NCBI GenBank assembly: GCA_002633005.1
Contig: NMRA01000031.1
Location: 1,318,858-1,382,857, forward strand
DNA: 64,000 nucleotides
Reading direction: 5' to 3'
Source: Phoronis australis
Taxonomy: Eukaryota > Animalia > Phoronida
The notes below the pieces were generated by a model that was given only the letters and a program-made list of their open reading frames with translations, searched no databases and had not been told where the DNA came from. A program made the position numbers and the translations under genes. This document shows, one piece after another, positions 35,802 to 50,800 of this stretch (within the stretch, counting starts at the first letter, position 1; every line of letters starts with the position of its first letter).

Positions 35802-38800
35802 TCAGTGTGCCGACTCAGGCAAGAAGATCTCCACTTCTTCCCCACTCGATATCCTATGTCTCATGGCTCTTTTCGCTGCCAGAAGCCTCTTCCTGGCTTC
35901 CTCCCGAGCTTTTGCCGGGTTTTTAGCACCTTCCTTGGTTTTTGTTGTCTTTGTCCGAGCACCTGCCCAAGTAGATTGCAAAATGAATGAAGCAAAGTGT
36001 ACCACATGAAACATGAACAATCTGTCATAATACCACAACAACTGGTCTACGACAGGAAAATTGTGCAAGTCCTTGACGCCCAATTTAAAACGGATAGCAA
36101 CCACAGTGCCTCCCATAAAAATCTAGATCCCTGGTTATCTTGGAGGGATGACATGGTTTCCTGCTGATCACTGCTCCCTAGATGTGCATTTATTAATCAT
36201 GAATTAATACAAAGTAATGACCCACCAAAAAGCACACAACGTGGCTCTGCTGTCCATAATCTATGCTTCCATTCAGTGAACGTGAATGACACACACAGAC
36301 TGCCTACAATAGTGTTTGCGCAGTGGAATTGAACACAGAGGCAAGATGCAGGTGTTTTGCTGGCCGTACACAACATGTTCTAATGTTCTTTGAGCAGTAC
36401 ACAACAGATGAGGAGACAGTAATTAATATGGAAATATGCTTCTCCAATATAACCACGAATCTTCATTTTTAAGAAACATAAAAGGCATAAGAGTAACGCA
36501 AAGCATTGAAGTAGGCTAATGACTACACCGCAAATGGTATACTTCTAGGGGTGTTTATTAGGATCTTAAAAACGGTGACCAGTAAGTGAAGCAAAATATG
36601 TCAAACCCCACCCAAAATGGGAAGGCATCATTGCCTCCATTAAAGAAACCTATTTGCTTAATTTCATGAAAATCCTTCAAGGAACTCTTGAATATACAGA
36701 GGCAAACGTAACGAAATAAAACTGCCACTAGTAGGCATAGTGGTATTTGGATCTGCCCAAGAGAAGACATCATCTGTTGTCGCGAACATAAGAATGCAAT
36801 TGCCAAAGTTCACAAAGATCCAGCAATCTGTTTAGGACATACAGACATAGATGCTAAAAACAAAATTGCCACTAGAAGGCACCACAGTACTCAGATCTGT
36901 CAATGTCCCCAATGGTCTTTTATTGCAGTAAGACATCTGCTCTTCGGACTGGTTTGGCAAATATACAGATGCCAAATAAACATGAAAACAAAAATGCTCT
37001 GAAGAGCGGCACTTGGAATAAGAATTTAAAGGTGAGGTGGGTGACGAAACCTACGTGTTAAATAGCCCTTGATGAGATCTAGTTACAAACCAAATTTAAA
37101 AAGGTTTGGTCCAAGGATCGAGGAGCTAGAACTCCGCAAACATAATTCGAAAAATGGCTGTCACAGTGCCATCTATATAAATTTCACGTTGATCACATGA
37201 AAAATGCGATATGCAGCTCAAATATGATATGGTAACAAAGTGCAGCTATACGTAACTAGTGAAAAAAGAGCAGTCACCTGAGTAGTAAATCTCAAATACC
37301 GTGAGAATGGCGAGTCATAGCAAGCAGTGGATTTCACAATACTGATAGCACTTGAAAAGATCTATCCACATACTACTATTCGGGACAGATTGATATAGGG
37401 AGGCCAGAGTTATGCCACAAAAACGTTAATTGGATATCAGTTGAAAATCTTGAATAAGTCGAGAATGATACGACATAGAGAAAAAGAAATAAGACACTTG
37501 CGATAGCTCTTTTGATGACGTATTGAAAGAAAAAAACCCATAAAAATCCTATCAGAAACAGCGGAGATATGACTCTACCACCAAAAAAGAGAAAATGGCT
37601 ACCACAGTGCCATCTTGTTTCCGATTTTAACCAAAAACAATAGGTTTCAAGCCATTCATGAAACGCATGTTGATCCGATAAGAATTGCGGTCTGTAGCGT
37701 GTGAACAAACAATGAAGTAAAGAAAGAAAGAGAAAGAAGCAAATATTATGACAAAGCAACATACTTGGAGAAATTTCATTTCACCAAGTAGTACTAAAAT
37801 GGGCTCCGGGTGCTCAGAATACGTATGTTGAATCCGTTCAACAAATGGTGAGCAGCTGTTGCCTCCTTATCAAAATCTGTCACGCTACTCGGAAGATAAT
37901 GAGGTAAATATAAGAAACTAAAACTGCCACTAGGTGTCAGAGTGGTAGTCATATCCACTCTAAAGTTGTAGTCATCTCTTGTCACATTCATAAATAGATA
38001 TACATCTGCCAAATTTCACATAGTTCAAAACCATAAGGTGATACAGCGACGGAGGTAAAAAATAACCACTAGTGGGCGCCACAGTAGTCAGACCAATCTG
38101 AAAATCAATGTCAACTGTTGTCTTCTCTGCAGGAAAACATCTGCCAATTTTCACAATGATCCTTCAGGGTAATTAAGCAAATTAGGAGTCAGATACCAAA
38201 AATTCCTAGAAACAAAAACAGCCACAAGGTCCAAAATATACTGAATCTGAAAGGCATAGTCATCTCCTTAATGGAAGCCTGTATGCCAACTTTTAGGGAA
38301 ATCTGTCCCAGGACTCCAAAGTTATAGCGGCAAACGTATAACGCTAAAATTGCCACAACAACTTCTTTGCGACTTTTTTGCAAACTGTGCGGAGCTGCCT
38401 TAAACAAATTTTGCACGCTACTGACATACCTGTGTTCGCTGTGATCTTGGAATGTGTCTTGTTCACCTCAGTAGATGCTCCCTTTTGGCTGGAACTACTC
38501 GAGTTTCTTCGGACACGCTGAAATGTAGAATGGACAATCTCTATACCTCTAAAACAAACCTCTGAATTGGACCATTTAATGTTATAAAATTGGTCTCAAC
38601 TTGCTCAGTACTCAGATTTGCAAAAAGTTGACACATGGCTATTCCTTGCGCAATGCATTGTGCAAAAATAATACTTTGTCTATCAGAGCCAGGCCTCAAG
38701 CACTAACGATTTAACAGATATTTCGAAGCCCTCAAATCGCCTTTAATATAACTAAGGAGCAATTTAAGATCAATTTCATAATGGCAAGTAATCTAAAGCA

Positions 38801-41800
38801 AACATTGGTTTTTGTGACGGAAGACAAGTGCACAGCTCACTAGGTGCACTGCATCGTACAGTACACAAATCAAACTGACATCACTTAATCAAAATTAAAC
38901 ATAATAGCCAACAATACATCTTTAATTATCCACCTAATCACACTTAAGTCTATTGTCATTCCTGCCTTGCCTGCTTAAAAAATATTTGCAGGCGGTGTGA
39001 TATGCATTGTACCAAACGTGCGCAGGCCGTGCATGTGGGCCCATTGCACTGACCACCTGGAACCATTTTTGTGCTTTATTAATATAAAGTTAAAACTGAG
39101 CTGAGGAGCTAAAAAACCCGACTCAAGGGTCTAGCAGTGTGACACCTATCGCACTAGGTCACACAGCCTCCTTCAACTCAGTATTAAGGAAGCATTTTTT
39201 GTCTTCTAATCTCATAAACTTTATGAAAAGGCAAAATTACTGATCCACATTCTCTACTTGTGTGGTGATCACCAGGGAAGCCAAATGTTCATTTATAAAA
39301 TTTTAGAAAAGAAACTGTTTGGAAACGAACCCCAATTCACGTGAACACTACTTAAACTTTCATTAGTTCAAGTCTTGTCACATGCAAACAAGATTTGAAA
39401 AAATGAAAACGAAATTTGAAAGTTTGGCAGATCTTCACTCTCCACCATGAAGCTTCAGTTGTCTCCTTTCACTACTAGGGGTCACTAACAGCACATTTTT
39501 CTACTGACCACCAGGGGCCACTGAAAGCATACCTCTCACTAGCCACCAGGGGTCCCAAGCAGCACACTTGTGTACTCACCACCACGGGTTCTGGCTCTTG
39601 CCAGTTGTTGCTCTTCATTTTCTCGATTGTGTCAAATTCGCCCTGAACATCCTCGACTTGGAGCTCCACCATATCCCAGAATCCCGCTAGATCCTGCGAT
39701 GTCGTCTTAAATGGCTCGTCATCTGACTGATTCTGTCCCATGAAAGATAATGCAACATAAAAACGCCCGATACACAAATAATTACCAGATTCACACAAAA
39801 CAACGTTTCTTTAGATATGGATACACAATCGATCAGTAGAGCAATTTTTCAGGAAATGCGTCTAAATAATACGTGAAAATGAGCTGATAGTGTTCTTCTA
39901 GCCTACATGTATACAAACATGGTGCTGAGCAATGTTTAAATGAAAGCATTCTCTCTTTCGTGACACAAATAATTAAAATAGTGTTGTATAATGGCAATCA
40001 TTTTTTATTCTCTTTTAATAAAAATAATAACAGCATGGTCAGCAAATGAAAATAGTATGTCACTATAGACCTCTACTGTGAATTGGCAAAAAGGAAGATT
40101 TAGACGTGAAAACACTTGCACCATGTTTGACATCTTGCTCTGTGAAAATATATATATTAGTTAGCCTTTGTCCAATTTCCCAAATGAAATGACACCCTTA
40201 ATCAGATCTCAGATCATGACAACTCAAAAGTGCTAGACAAAGCATGAGTTTGATTTTGTTCCTCACATCTCCAATTCGTGTCCCCTCCAATTTAAATGTG
40301 TAATTTTGACAACATACCAGATTGTTATGGCAGAGTGACCTGAACTGTTCAAACTTCTGAGACATCAACAGGTTGGCCTTGCCAACAGCAGCCCGGATAA
40401 AGCCAGAGGCTGGAACACAAATGGAGTTAGACATAAATAGTGAGTTTGCAAACATGTTCGGCAAAATATATGGTTGCTCAACCAGCAGACTGATCCGGCA
40501 AGAGGTGGCACTGACGTGCTGAAAAACTCGCGTTCACACAACTCAGAAAATACATTGAGGATCGATCACTTGTACACAGCTATCCTTTGTACAGATGTTT
40601 TTTTATGGAAAATTGAATCAAAAGATGCCCAAAAAACTCAGTTCAATTGACACTGTCAACAATAACCGATTCATTTAAGTTCCATTCACATGGCATCTAA
40701 GTCACTCCTAAATGCTTTGCAAACAAGCCCATCCACTTATAAACAATGGACCAAACAAAGGGCATACACACCATCCTCTGGAAGTGTTTCAGAGCTCATG
40801 TGTTCTTCCACATGGTGACAGCAGGACACAAGGTGGCGCTCCTGAGACTCTACCAGCTTCAGGAAGTAGTTCCCATCCTAGACAACAGTGCATTCAGATT
40901 TTTTAGAAAGGTGATGACAAGAAGCATATACGCTTCATAGATCAATGTCAGCAGACTCAACGGTGGCCAGATATAAATAAATCTACCGATCCACCTTTCC
41001 CCTATTTACACAAACTGCCCCCCCCCCCCNNNNNNNNCCCCCCCCCCCCGTATTTGACTCTAAGTGATACTTGCATGCTCTCATTATGCTGACTGAAGTA
41101 GAAATTGTGATGAAATATGTTTTTGCAGGTTCTCTCTTGTAAATGAGATTACAAATCGTCCAAAAACTTCTGTTCTGATATCACAGTATCACAGTAAACA
41201 TTGAGAAAACCACGAGCAGTGATTTTCAATGATTTTACTTTTAGAGTTGTATTTGTATCACTAAGGCCCATTAAAAGGACCCATTACATGCCTTTGTCAA
41301 TGTCCATCTTTCAAAGAATCTCAACTCACCAAGTCTTTACAGTTCACTTAACCATGACTAACACAAAAGCACATTGTCCATATTCCCTTATGTTTTATTA
41401 ACACTGGGCTGGTGTGTGAAGTGATTGATACTGTTACAACCTAAGGGCATTAACTAAATTGGACAATCCAGTTAACGATTGCACTTAATGCCCTGAAGAG
41501 TTTGCTTTCAAACAACCAACCTAGGCTCAACACTCATTCAGAGACTCTCTACAAACAGCCTAGGCACAGTATTATCGACAGTAAGACAAGGAATAAATAG
41601 TCTCAGCTACATTTGTAACAAAACTGGAAAATAATATAGATGTCATAATATGTTCATGCGGAAACTGAGAAACATATTTTCGTCAATGTGATCCATTAGG
41701 CATACTACAATTGATCTTTTATCTGAAATTGAAACTACAACACACTATTCTAGTTACAGCTCAGGGCCACTGTAACGCGCCACTTAGCAAATCACTTGGG

Positions 41801-44800
41801 TAAAAAAGGGTCGCGAAAACGGCATGAATTCGGTTACAGGCTAATGTGCCAAAAGGTGCAGCATTAAGGCAATACTTGAAACCATAAGTTTACTGAAACC
41901 GTAGAAACGTAACTTAGACATACTGTTAACATTTCTCATCGCCATTACAACTCAACTTCTAATACTGACCTTTGTTGAGTATGAGTCATTGAGTGGGCAG
42001 GACTCCTTGTTCACTGTGTTAGTGGCAGTTATTTCTGCATCGTATAGCTTGTCAATAACACAATCCTCCCCATTGACTTGGCTAGTGTCTTTCAGGTGAT
42101 TCCCATTCACAAGGATATTTTCTTTGTTTTCTTGGAAGTCTAACGTCACATTAGTTGCATCCACAGCCTCTTTATTACTACTGTTTTCAATTCCTGTCAC
42201 CTTTGAATCACTCGCGCTTGCAGCAGTGTCGGCCATGTTTGCTGCAGAGTCAGCCATGTTGGCCAAATTGCGCTGTTTGCTCGTACTATTTTTGCCACCC
42301 ATCTCGCTCTCATCTCCCGGTTCACCACCAGGTTGCGCTGATGGTGATCGATAAAGAACACTACTATATCCGCTAGCTGAGCAACTTATATGCACGTACT
42401 TAGGCTCGGTTGGTAGAGGTTCACTTGGTCCATTATTGATGGTGAATCTGTCTTCAGTCACAAGCGATGGTTCACTACCTGTAACAACATAGTGCAACCC
42501 AGGATTACATGGAGACAGCTCTCGAAGCTACAAATGTCTTATTCACACACGGAAGACAAGTACCAAGCAGAAAGACAACACAGATCCCATATCATAATAG
42601 TCAGACGATCAAATCATGATAATACTCAGATGATCACATCACGATGAATGACACAATTGCTAAATCGGGTACACTCTTGGGAAGCTGCAAAAAAACCCTG
42701 GACTCAAACAATAACCATAGGTTAATAACAGATTCTAAAAGTACAAGAACCATCTGTATCCATGGTAACCCGAGCACCTCCTGAGGTGGCCATGCATACT
42801 TTCATCACTAGTTTCATGTCTGACAGATCTGTTTGTAATGTCTCCCTTAGGAATTAGCCAACTTTGATACAGCCATGAAAATAAACACTTAGAGCTGTCA
42901 TTAATAGAATTACATGTGAATAGTGATGGTTCATGGAATGTGTCCTTATCAGGGTGGCTCAGAACATGGCGCCTCATTAAGGACACAGACAAAATGTAAC
43001 ATTTCTAATCTAGAAACAAGTAACAATCCAAGGCAACATTCGCTGCAGTGACAATAAAGGAAGGTATGGTGTGATAGTAAAATAGTGTCAGTCATATTCA
43101 AACGGAACTTCTTGACTTTCGCTGTTAAAGCACTTCTCCCACAAGTGATTTAATCATGACAAGGAAGACAACGGGAGGATCTTAAATTTTCTCTGACAAC
43201 CTCTTCTTTGAATCTTCCCATATTGTGACTAGATTCCCAATCAGTGCACATACAGGTACACTCAAATCTGCTAAAACACATTATCAGAAGACTCCAAACT
43301 CACCAGCGAAATGAGCTTAAGATTCAAAAGCACTTGTGCTGAAACCAAGTTCAGTTTCGAAAACTACAATGCTTCATGTTATGACATCTGTAGTTAGTGC
43401 AAATGAATCATGATGGAAATAACATGAAACTTGGGAATTTTGGTAAAATAGCAGATCTGCTAAAAGCTCAAGTGCATGCATGATCACACTTGAATTGTTG
43501 CAAAATTGGTAAAAAATAAATGGTGAACATAATTATTCAGTTTTAAAGTCTGAATAAAAAAAAAACAGCAACTTGGAAGTGATACCTATGAGCCAATTGT
43601 GATACTGAAAGTCATTGTTCACACTGTGAGGAGTTTGTGCGTTATGTCTAGGAATAAGTGCGTTGAACTGATACGATAACCCCAAAATGTCCTAATTTGC
43701 TTAGGAAATGGCTAATCTCTCAATACTTCAAACACGAAGCAAGTGAGCCAAACTCGCCAAGAGAAAATTCAAACTTGATGCAGCAAAAAGTCAAAACAGG
43801 TGTTGGAGAACACTGAGCAGCAGTAACACAAAACAAGAATGAAGCTGTTCAACAAACCAAAACGTAACATGAATGAATATAAGCTGTATTCCTGTCACAA
43901 TACAACCGTAGAAAACGAAAAGCGTTATGGTAAAAATTCTTCAGTTTGGGATACAATATGGCAGACGGGTGAAAATTCATTTTGCCAAATTTCTCAAAAT
44001 AGCTTTTCAGGAAATTTACTTTGCTTTTGTATGATGTAGCTAATATCACACAACATTTGACAAAATTTTGAGGATTTGCAACAATCCTCTAAAAATATGG
44101 TAATTTTAGCAATTATGTGCGTCTCAAATTGAAGATTTCTTGCCATAACCAGCTTACACTATTTCACAACTTTTTGTTAGGATATCAAAATTAAACCAAT
44201 GACTCAGCCCTTGCCATGTTAGAATGCAAGGTAAATTTATGAAAAACTCAGATGTTCGAAATACATTTCCAAGGGATACAGTGAAGCCAAATGAATGTCT
44301 TTTCATTTTCCAAAGGCTTTCAAGTTGTCAACAAGGAATATTTCGCGAAATATTGTTAGATGATAGCTATGTAGAAAAATTTAGGTTGACAGCTTTATCA
44401 TATGAAAAAATGTCAAAAACAATTTCCCCCTTCGCCATATTGTGTCCTAAAGTGAGATTTTACTGTAAAATGGTCTCAAACTTTTAATATGTCTGTGGAA
44501 TCTATCTAAACAAGGGAGACACTGTTGGATAATTACCCAGTCTGCACTGTCTACATTTAGCACCAGTTCTCCTTGACCTGGTATTTACAAAGGTCACACT
44601 AAAAGGTTACAAACATGTCATAGCTCCAGGACTAACTTTAAGGTTTTGGTTAAAATCGATGATACAAGCCTGGTGACCCATTAGCACATAATCTGTGACC
44701 CCAATATTAAAAAAATTGTATTTTGCAAGAGAAAACTTATATGATTTCCAACATTTTCAGAAAGTTTAAATTTCCTTTGTAGCACTGAGTTGGCCATTGT

Positions 44801-47800
44801 CTATTTACAGAGCCTAATAGTTAAGGCACTCTTGAAGGACAGGTAAAACTAATCAAGAAATAGCTAAAAGCGCTATCTGATTTTTATGATTTACTATTTG
44901 TCAGCCATTGAACATATACTGAGACTTCCCATTTTTGACTGATATTTCATTGCACCAGTACAAGACTCAGTTTCTTAATCATTCTTGTTGTTGCCATCAA
45001 CATTTTTCATTATGTCATTTACTGAAAGAATGTGCACATGCCCAGTCGGCTTTGCACAAGCCGAAAATATAGTCAATTTCCAAACTAGCCTGATACATGT
45101 TGTTACTATCCTATTTAGAAGAGTGGTAGTGTTCCTGAATACACAAACCCTGTTTGTTTACTACTTTGTCCTTCTTGGAATTATTCTAAGAATCCTATAC
45201 CAAGACAAAGCATATAGTCTGTATGATTACATTTGTACTAGTGCTGCACATTCACTAAGAACTTCCACCAGCACATTGTACATAGACGGTAAACTGGTAT
45301 AGGTGTTGCCATCAGTAGACATCAATGTGGAATATAAAACTAAAACACAACATTGGCAAGGGGACCAAGCTGGGCCTTTGTTGGAAGGCCCAACCTTTGT
45401 TGATAATTTATTGAACCTATTTCTTATGGCCAATCATGATCCAGAATAGATGGGAGATATAACAGGTATTTGTGCTGATCTGAACAGCAGACATCCAACA
45501 CTCTAAGGATAAGTCTAACCCCCAATATTGCTGTGCTGTAAACCATCACATACCATGGCGATCCCCCACACATGGCTACTGACAATAAACTAAACATACC
45601 AACACACAGTCTTACGCACACATATACTGAACACACACACAATCCAAGCACATCCCTTATGTATAGGTTATATTGACTGGAAAACAAGTTTTCACCGAAT
45701 AATTAAGCAATGACCTTGAGACTTTCACCACCCACTACTTAATTGACTTTTTCTCCACTTCGGCAAATCGACTTAATTTGAACTTAGGAACACGAGTTCT
45801 CGATAACGGCTTAGTAGATTTCGTTGAAACTTTCCAAAGTTAATATTTATTCATCAGTCTCTCAAAAACATTGTTAGATTTTCGATATAAAGGTCTAATT
45901 TTTGAATAATGTAACAAAGTCAAATACGACTACTATTTTTACAAAAATACCTTATGTCTTGCTTGTTGATTTATCACTGAAACCTTACTAAGGGACTAAT
46001 CAAAAATTCCTAACAGCATTTTAGAGGTAACTAGTTAAGTTTTCATTTAAAAAGGGTTTCATTAAAATCAACCGAGGCACTATTTTGCTATCAATGTACC
46101 TTTCTTAAAAGTGAAATTTCTTTCAGAATATATACCGATACTTTTGCTAGTTGACAAAGCCTGGTATACGAGTTAGAATGGAGCCCACTAAATAAGATTT
46201 GAGATAACCTCAAGTGCCCACCCCTGGCAACACATCTCAGCAAATGAACTAACTGTGTACACATGCTTTAGTCAAGCAAATCAATAAACCTGATCAATGT
46301 CAAACATCAACAATTACATGAGGAGAGTGGGCGAATATCACAAATCCTAGGAATATCATTAACAGTACACTGTGAGGTAAATAAAGATGGGTGTGCACAT
46401 ACAAAGCTTGTACCCAATATCTGGGCCATGGGGAGAGAAGTGAGGTTCAGACAGGAAGTACAATCACATAGTTATTGGAACTGCTATAGTTGAGATTGAC
46501 TTAGGAAATATACAACCGTCTCAAAGTAGCTGACTAACAACAAAATTTTCACCAATTAAGGACACAATAAATGTTCTCATTTTTTTACAAACTTTGTTAC
46601 AGACATGACTACTTTTTGTTAGCGAGCTTGATACTGGTACTTTTGTAATTTCCGAACAGTTTCCTTTCTTCTGGTGTGCAGGTACGAAGTAAATGACCGA
46701 TGACATTTTGCACCAAAATTTACTTTTTCATTTCTAAGCTCTAAACATGTACCTTAACAACCACCAAACAGTGCATCCAAACTTTGCTGGGTTTCACATA
46801 ACCTAAGAACATCTTAAAAACACATATTTTTCAAAATTGTTAACACTTTGCCACAAACTAAAATAGACCATGATAGTATTGAGTTGGATAGGTTTAGCAT
46901 AATTAGGAATCATCAGACAAGTGGTAAATATGTCGTCACTCAAATTTTCAAGCGGCCATTTTCGGCTAGGTCGAGTACGGCTACAAGTACATAACTTCGC
47001 ACTTGCAGAGAACGTCAGAGTCAGACACTATGCGAGTCCGACCAGAGTTGTTGATGCTGGCATTATAACCAGACAGGTTTGAAGTTTTGAGCAGTGGAAA
47101 ACACTTGTTGTTGGCCTGGATTCTCCAATGATCTGGACACAGAAATGTTAACCTTAAATCCCTCAGACATCTTAAAAGTAACAGATGGACAGTAGAGTCT
47201 TCCTATTAGTATCAGACCAACAGTAGAGTCTTCCTGCTAGTACCAGAAGGACAGTAGAGTCTTCCTGCTAGTACCAGACGGACAGTAGTCTTCCTGCTGG
47301 TACCAGAAGGACAGCAGAGTCTACCTACGAGTACTAGACGGACAGTAGAGTCTTCCTACGAGTACCAGAATAACAGTAGAGTCTACAAAACTGACACAGC
47401 AGCAAGATGTTTTAATCCTTGTTACATTTGATCTTGTCTGACTTGGTTCACAGGAACCAGAACTCATAATTTAGGTGCAACACTTTTCATATTCACACTT
47501 ACAACAGCCCTTGCATTTTGAAAGCCAGTTCCCTCTACTGAATAAACAGCATCAAAACTGGTTCTCAAAATCCGTGTCGCACATTTTGAGAACCAGTTTT
47601 ATCCAGTGAAAAACGGGCATCAAACTGGTTTTTAGAATACAGGTCCCACATTTTGAGAACCAGTTTTCCTCTGAGTTATAATGGGCATCAAACTGGTTCT
47701 CAACAGGACCCTTGCTATTGCCATCTCATGCAACCATAATAAAGTTATACTAGTGACCTATAGCGCACAGCTTATGGATACTGAACAGAACACAGCCAGT

Positions 47801-50800
47801 GGTGGTAGACACAGGAGGTGAAGTGAGAAAAAGCTGGAACACATGCTTGATCAAATGCATATGTGGCAGCAGACCTGGTGTACTTTGATGAAACCAAACA
47901 TCAGATGAAAATGTTCAGCTTACAGTCCCTGGTGAAAATGTAATAATTAACTTTTGCTTCAACTTCAAACCAATTAAGCTCTTGATTTACAATAACGCAT
48001 ATACTATACTACACATATTCCACTTGTGTACAAACAGTCTACCAGTAGCACAGCAAATGGACATACATTATTCACCTATGGTTTAATTTTTTCTTGGAGA
48101 GAGTTGACCATCAATGACCAGAATATTGACTATAGAACAATGCAGGACATGTCGGATGGGGATATCAACATCTCTTGCCTATACATCCCTGAGGCTTCTC
48201 ATGAGACCCAGAAACTGTCCAAGAATTCCTCTAAGGACTTGTCAATGTGATAATCTACAACACATAGCCACATGCTCACAACAGTATTCTCCAGACACAC
48301 TCCAGTTGTAATCTGTCTGTAAATAAGTATTTACAAACATGGGGCTACAGGTAGGCATCTTGTGGGGCATAATTTGCTAGGCTCACCCTAGCCGCTCGCC
48401 AACTCGCCATTGACGAATTCTGAAAGGCACTGGCAATGGTAGAGCTAAGTCCATTAACCAACTAGGCGAATGCTTTTGCAGCCTGACAATAAAAATAAAT
48501 TTCGCGCCTGTCCACTCACAGTCAGATCAAATCAAGCGGCACCAAAAACGTCATTCTTACTTCGATTCAGAGTCCTAAAATAGCAAGCGAATGTTCCGTT
48601 TCATATCCGTCACTTGCCCTGAAATGGCCATTCTTTTACAGTAACGAAATGTTCAACTGTGTGGGGAGGGGGCAAATCTCCTGTATCAAATTGGTCAGGA
48701 CTATTGCGGTGGCGGCTGAAAGAAAGCAAGGCAAAGCAAATGTCACGATTTAGGTTTATATTGTAAGCCACACGTTACGTTAACGTTTTGGACCCAATGT
48801 CTTGCTCATCAAAATGCCCATGAGGTGGGGAAAGGGGGAGAATCCCTCCACAATTTTTTAGGTCAAAACCAATGAAATGCGTAATCCAGGGCTAGGGGCA
48901 ACAACTGCCCAAGTTTTTTGGGTCAACATCAATGAAATGCCCAAGTAGCCAGCGTACCCCCGCTGTAAACCCGGGATAGAAGAAGCCCTACACATTTTTT
49001 GGTCAACATCATGCCCATGTGGCCGGCATACTCCTGACGTAGGAAGAAAGCGTTTGGGTAATAATTTTTGAAAATGGCTAAAAGCAAAAAGCAAGCGTGC
49101 TCTGAACTTGATACATTACATACTATGTGCCATTGTATCTAGCCTAGCCCTCAAGATGACATACCCGGTACATTATGTACTATGAGCTGTAACAGTTGTA
49201 TCTAGTTTAGTCCTCAATATGATATACCCGGTACACTGTGTACTATGAGCCATTGTATCTAGTCTAGTCCTCAATATGATGCCAAATGTTCAAAATGTTC
49301 TAATTTGCATACACAAATAAAGTACCTCCGACCTTGTATTTTAAACACTAACTAAACTCAATACAATAAATTTCCAAGTCCTGACTGTGATCAGTCAAAA
49401 CAGGATGTGGAGAACACTGGGTCTACACCGACATAAGCAATTACATCATCCTGAATGCCACAGGCATATAGGGGTGATAGTACATCCTCATAAAAAGTTA
49501 CTCGTTTCAACATAAAGCAAATAAAATGGAATGAAACATGCATATATACTCATAGTTATAATTAACGCGATAAAATTTAGTTAACATAACTTGAACACAT
49601 CCACGTCAAGCTCAGTCTTGCAATAGCATTTGCCTAACTCAAGTGACTCAGTTGAAATATTTTGTGTTTATCGCGCACACGGTGAAAAAGTTAACAGTGA
49701 CCAAAAAGTGGAGTTGGAATTCTTTGCCTTAATTCTGACAGCTGTGCTTCCTCAATATGTGTAGAAGCTGAAAGAAGCACTGAACACAGTAAGTGTCTTT
49801 TCAAGTGACATGTTTAAGTATAGAATGTATTTTTGACGAGGTGAAAACTCTTAATCGGTGAGCGGATTTTGCCTACAGCCCGTGTAAAATACTCCGGACG
49901 AAATTACTTAATTAGTACAGACAGCGACATGGGAAGTATTGTAGCCCCTAACCAGCCAACCGACACAATTAACGAGGGTCCTATACACAGAGGTGTCTCG
50001 CACAGACCAACCAGTTCATTGCAGTCCTCTATACAGACACATGACCCATCAAATCACCTGACCCACCTGCCCTGTGAGGGTTCCTACAACTGCCGGCTGC
50101 CTTTGTCCACAGCGTACCCATAGTCGCAAGCGTCCTATTGCTTCTCAATGGGTGACAACATCAGTAAAATCCTATAGTTGAAGTGCTTAGCTTTGACTCC
50201 TCTCAACACAAAATATCCTCTTGTGCTACGACATTCCACTGTTAACACTTGTTAGAATTCTATAAGTCAAGTTGGTCTGAGAGAATAGCAAGTCCACCAA
50301 AACACTTTATTCACTGTATCAACAATGTGTATAGAGACTCCTGGTGAGACTCCTCCGCATTATACAACACCTACTCCCCACAGAAGAAAGATTCAGTCCA
50401 TCGACAAATACCAGTCATAGAAATCCAAGTCATCCAAGCCATTTCCAAATCACTGCCTGTCTGACATCATTGCTGACCTGTTCCCCTACACCATGTCTGC
50501 CAAGGTTAATGTGAAACCTGAGATACCCCAGTTCAACCACACACTGCTAGCTCCTGCTATCTGACTGCCATCATAGACCACAGACAGTGGTCACTCCATA
50601 GACTCCTAGACCAGTAAACCACAGCTCCACACTATTCTCCCAGTAGATGGTAGAATGGCATCAAACATCAATACCCAAGCCTGACGTCAATTCAACTAGA
50701 CACTCAGCTCCAGCCACAACTCTCGCTATAACAACAAGATGGCGCATCAACTGTAGGCACCAACAACATTTCAGGGCTGATCTGTCTCCGTTTTCATTGA

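Noticed and set aside
46940-47135. Extra DLGAP coding exon after an acceptor-like site
   Set aside because: All three minus-strand frames hit stops before a convincing donor.
47188-47385. CRISPR-like array
   Set aside because: The 31-bp units are directly adjacent with no unique spacers, in a eukaryotic intron.
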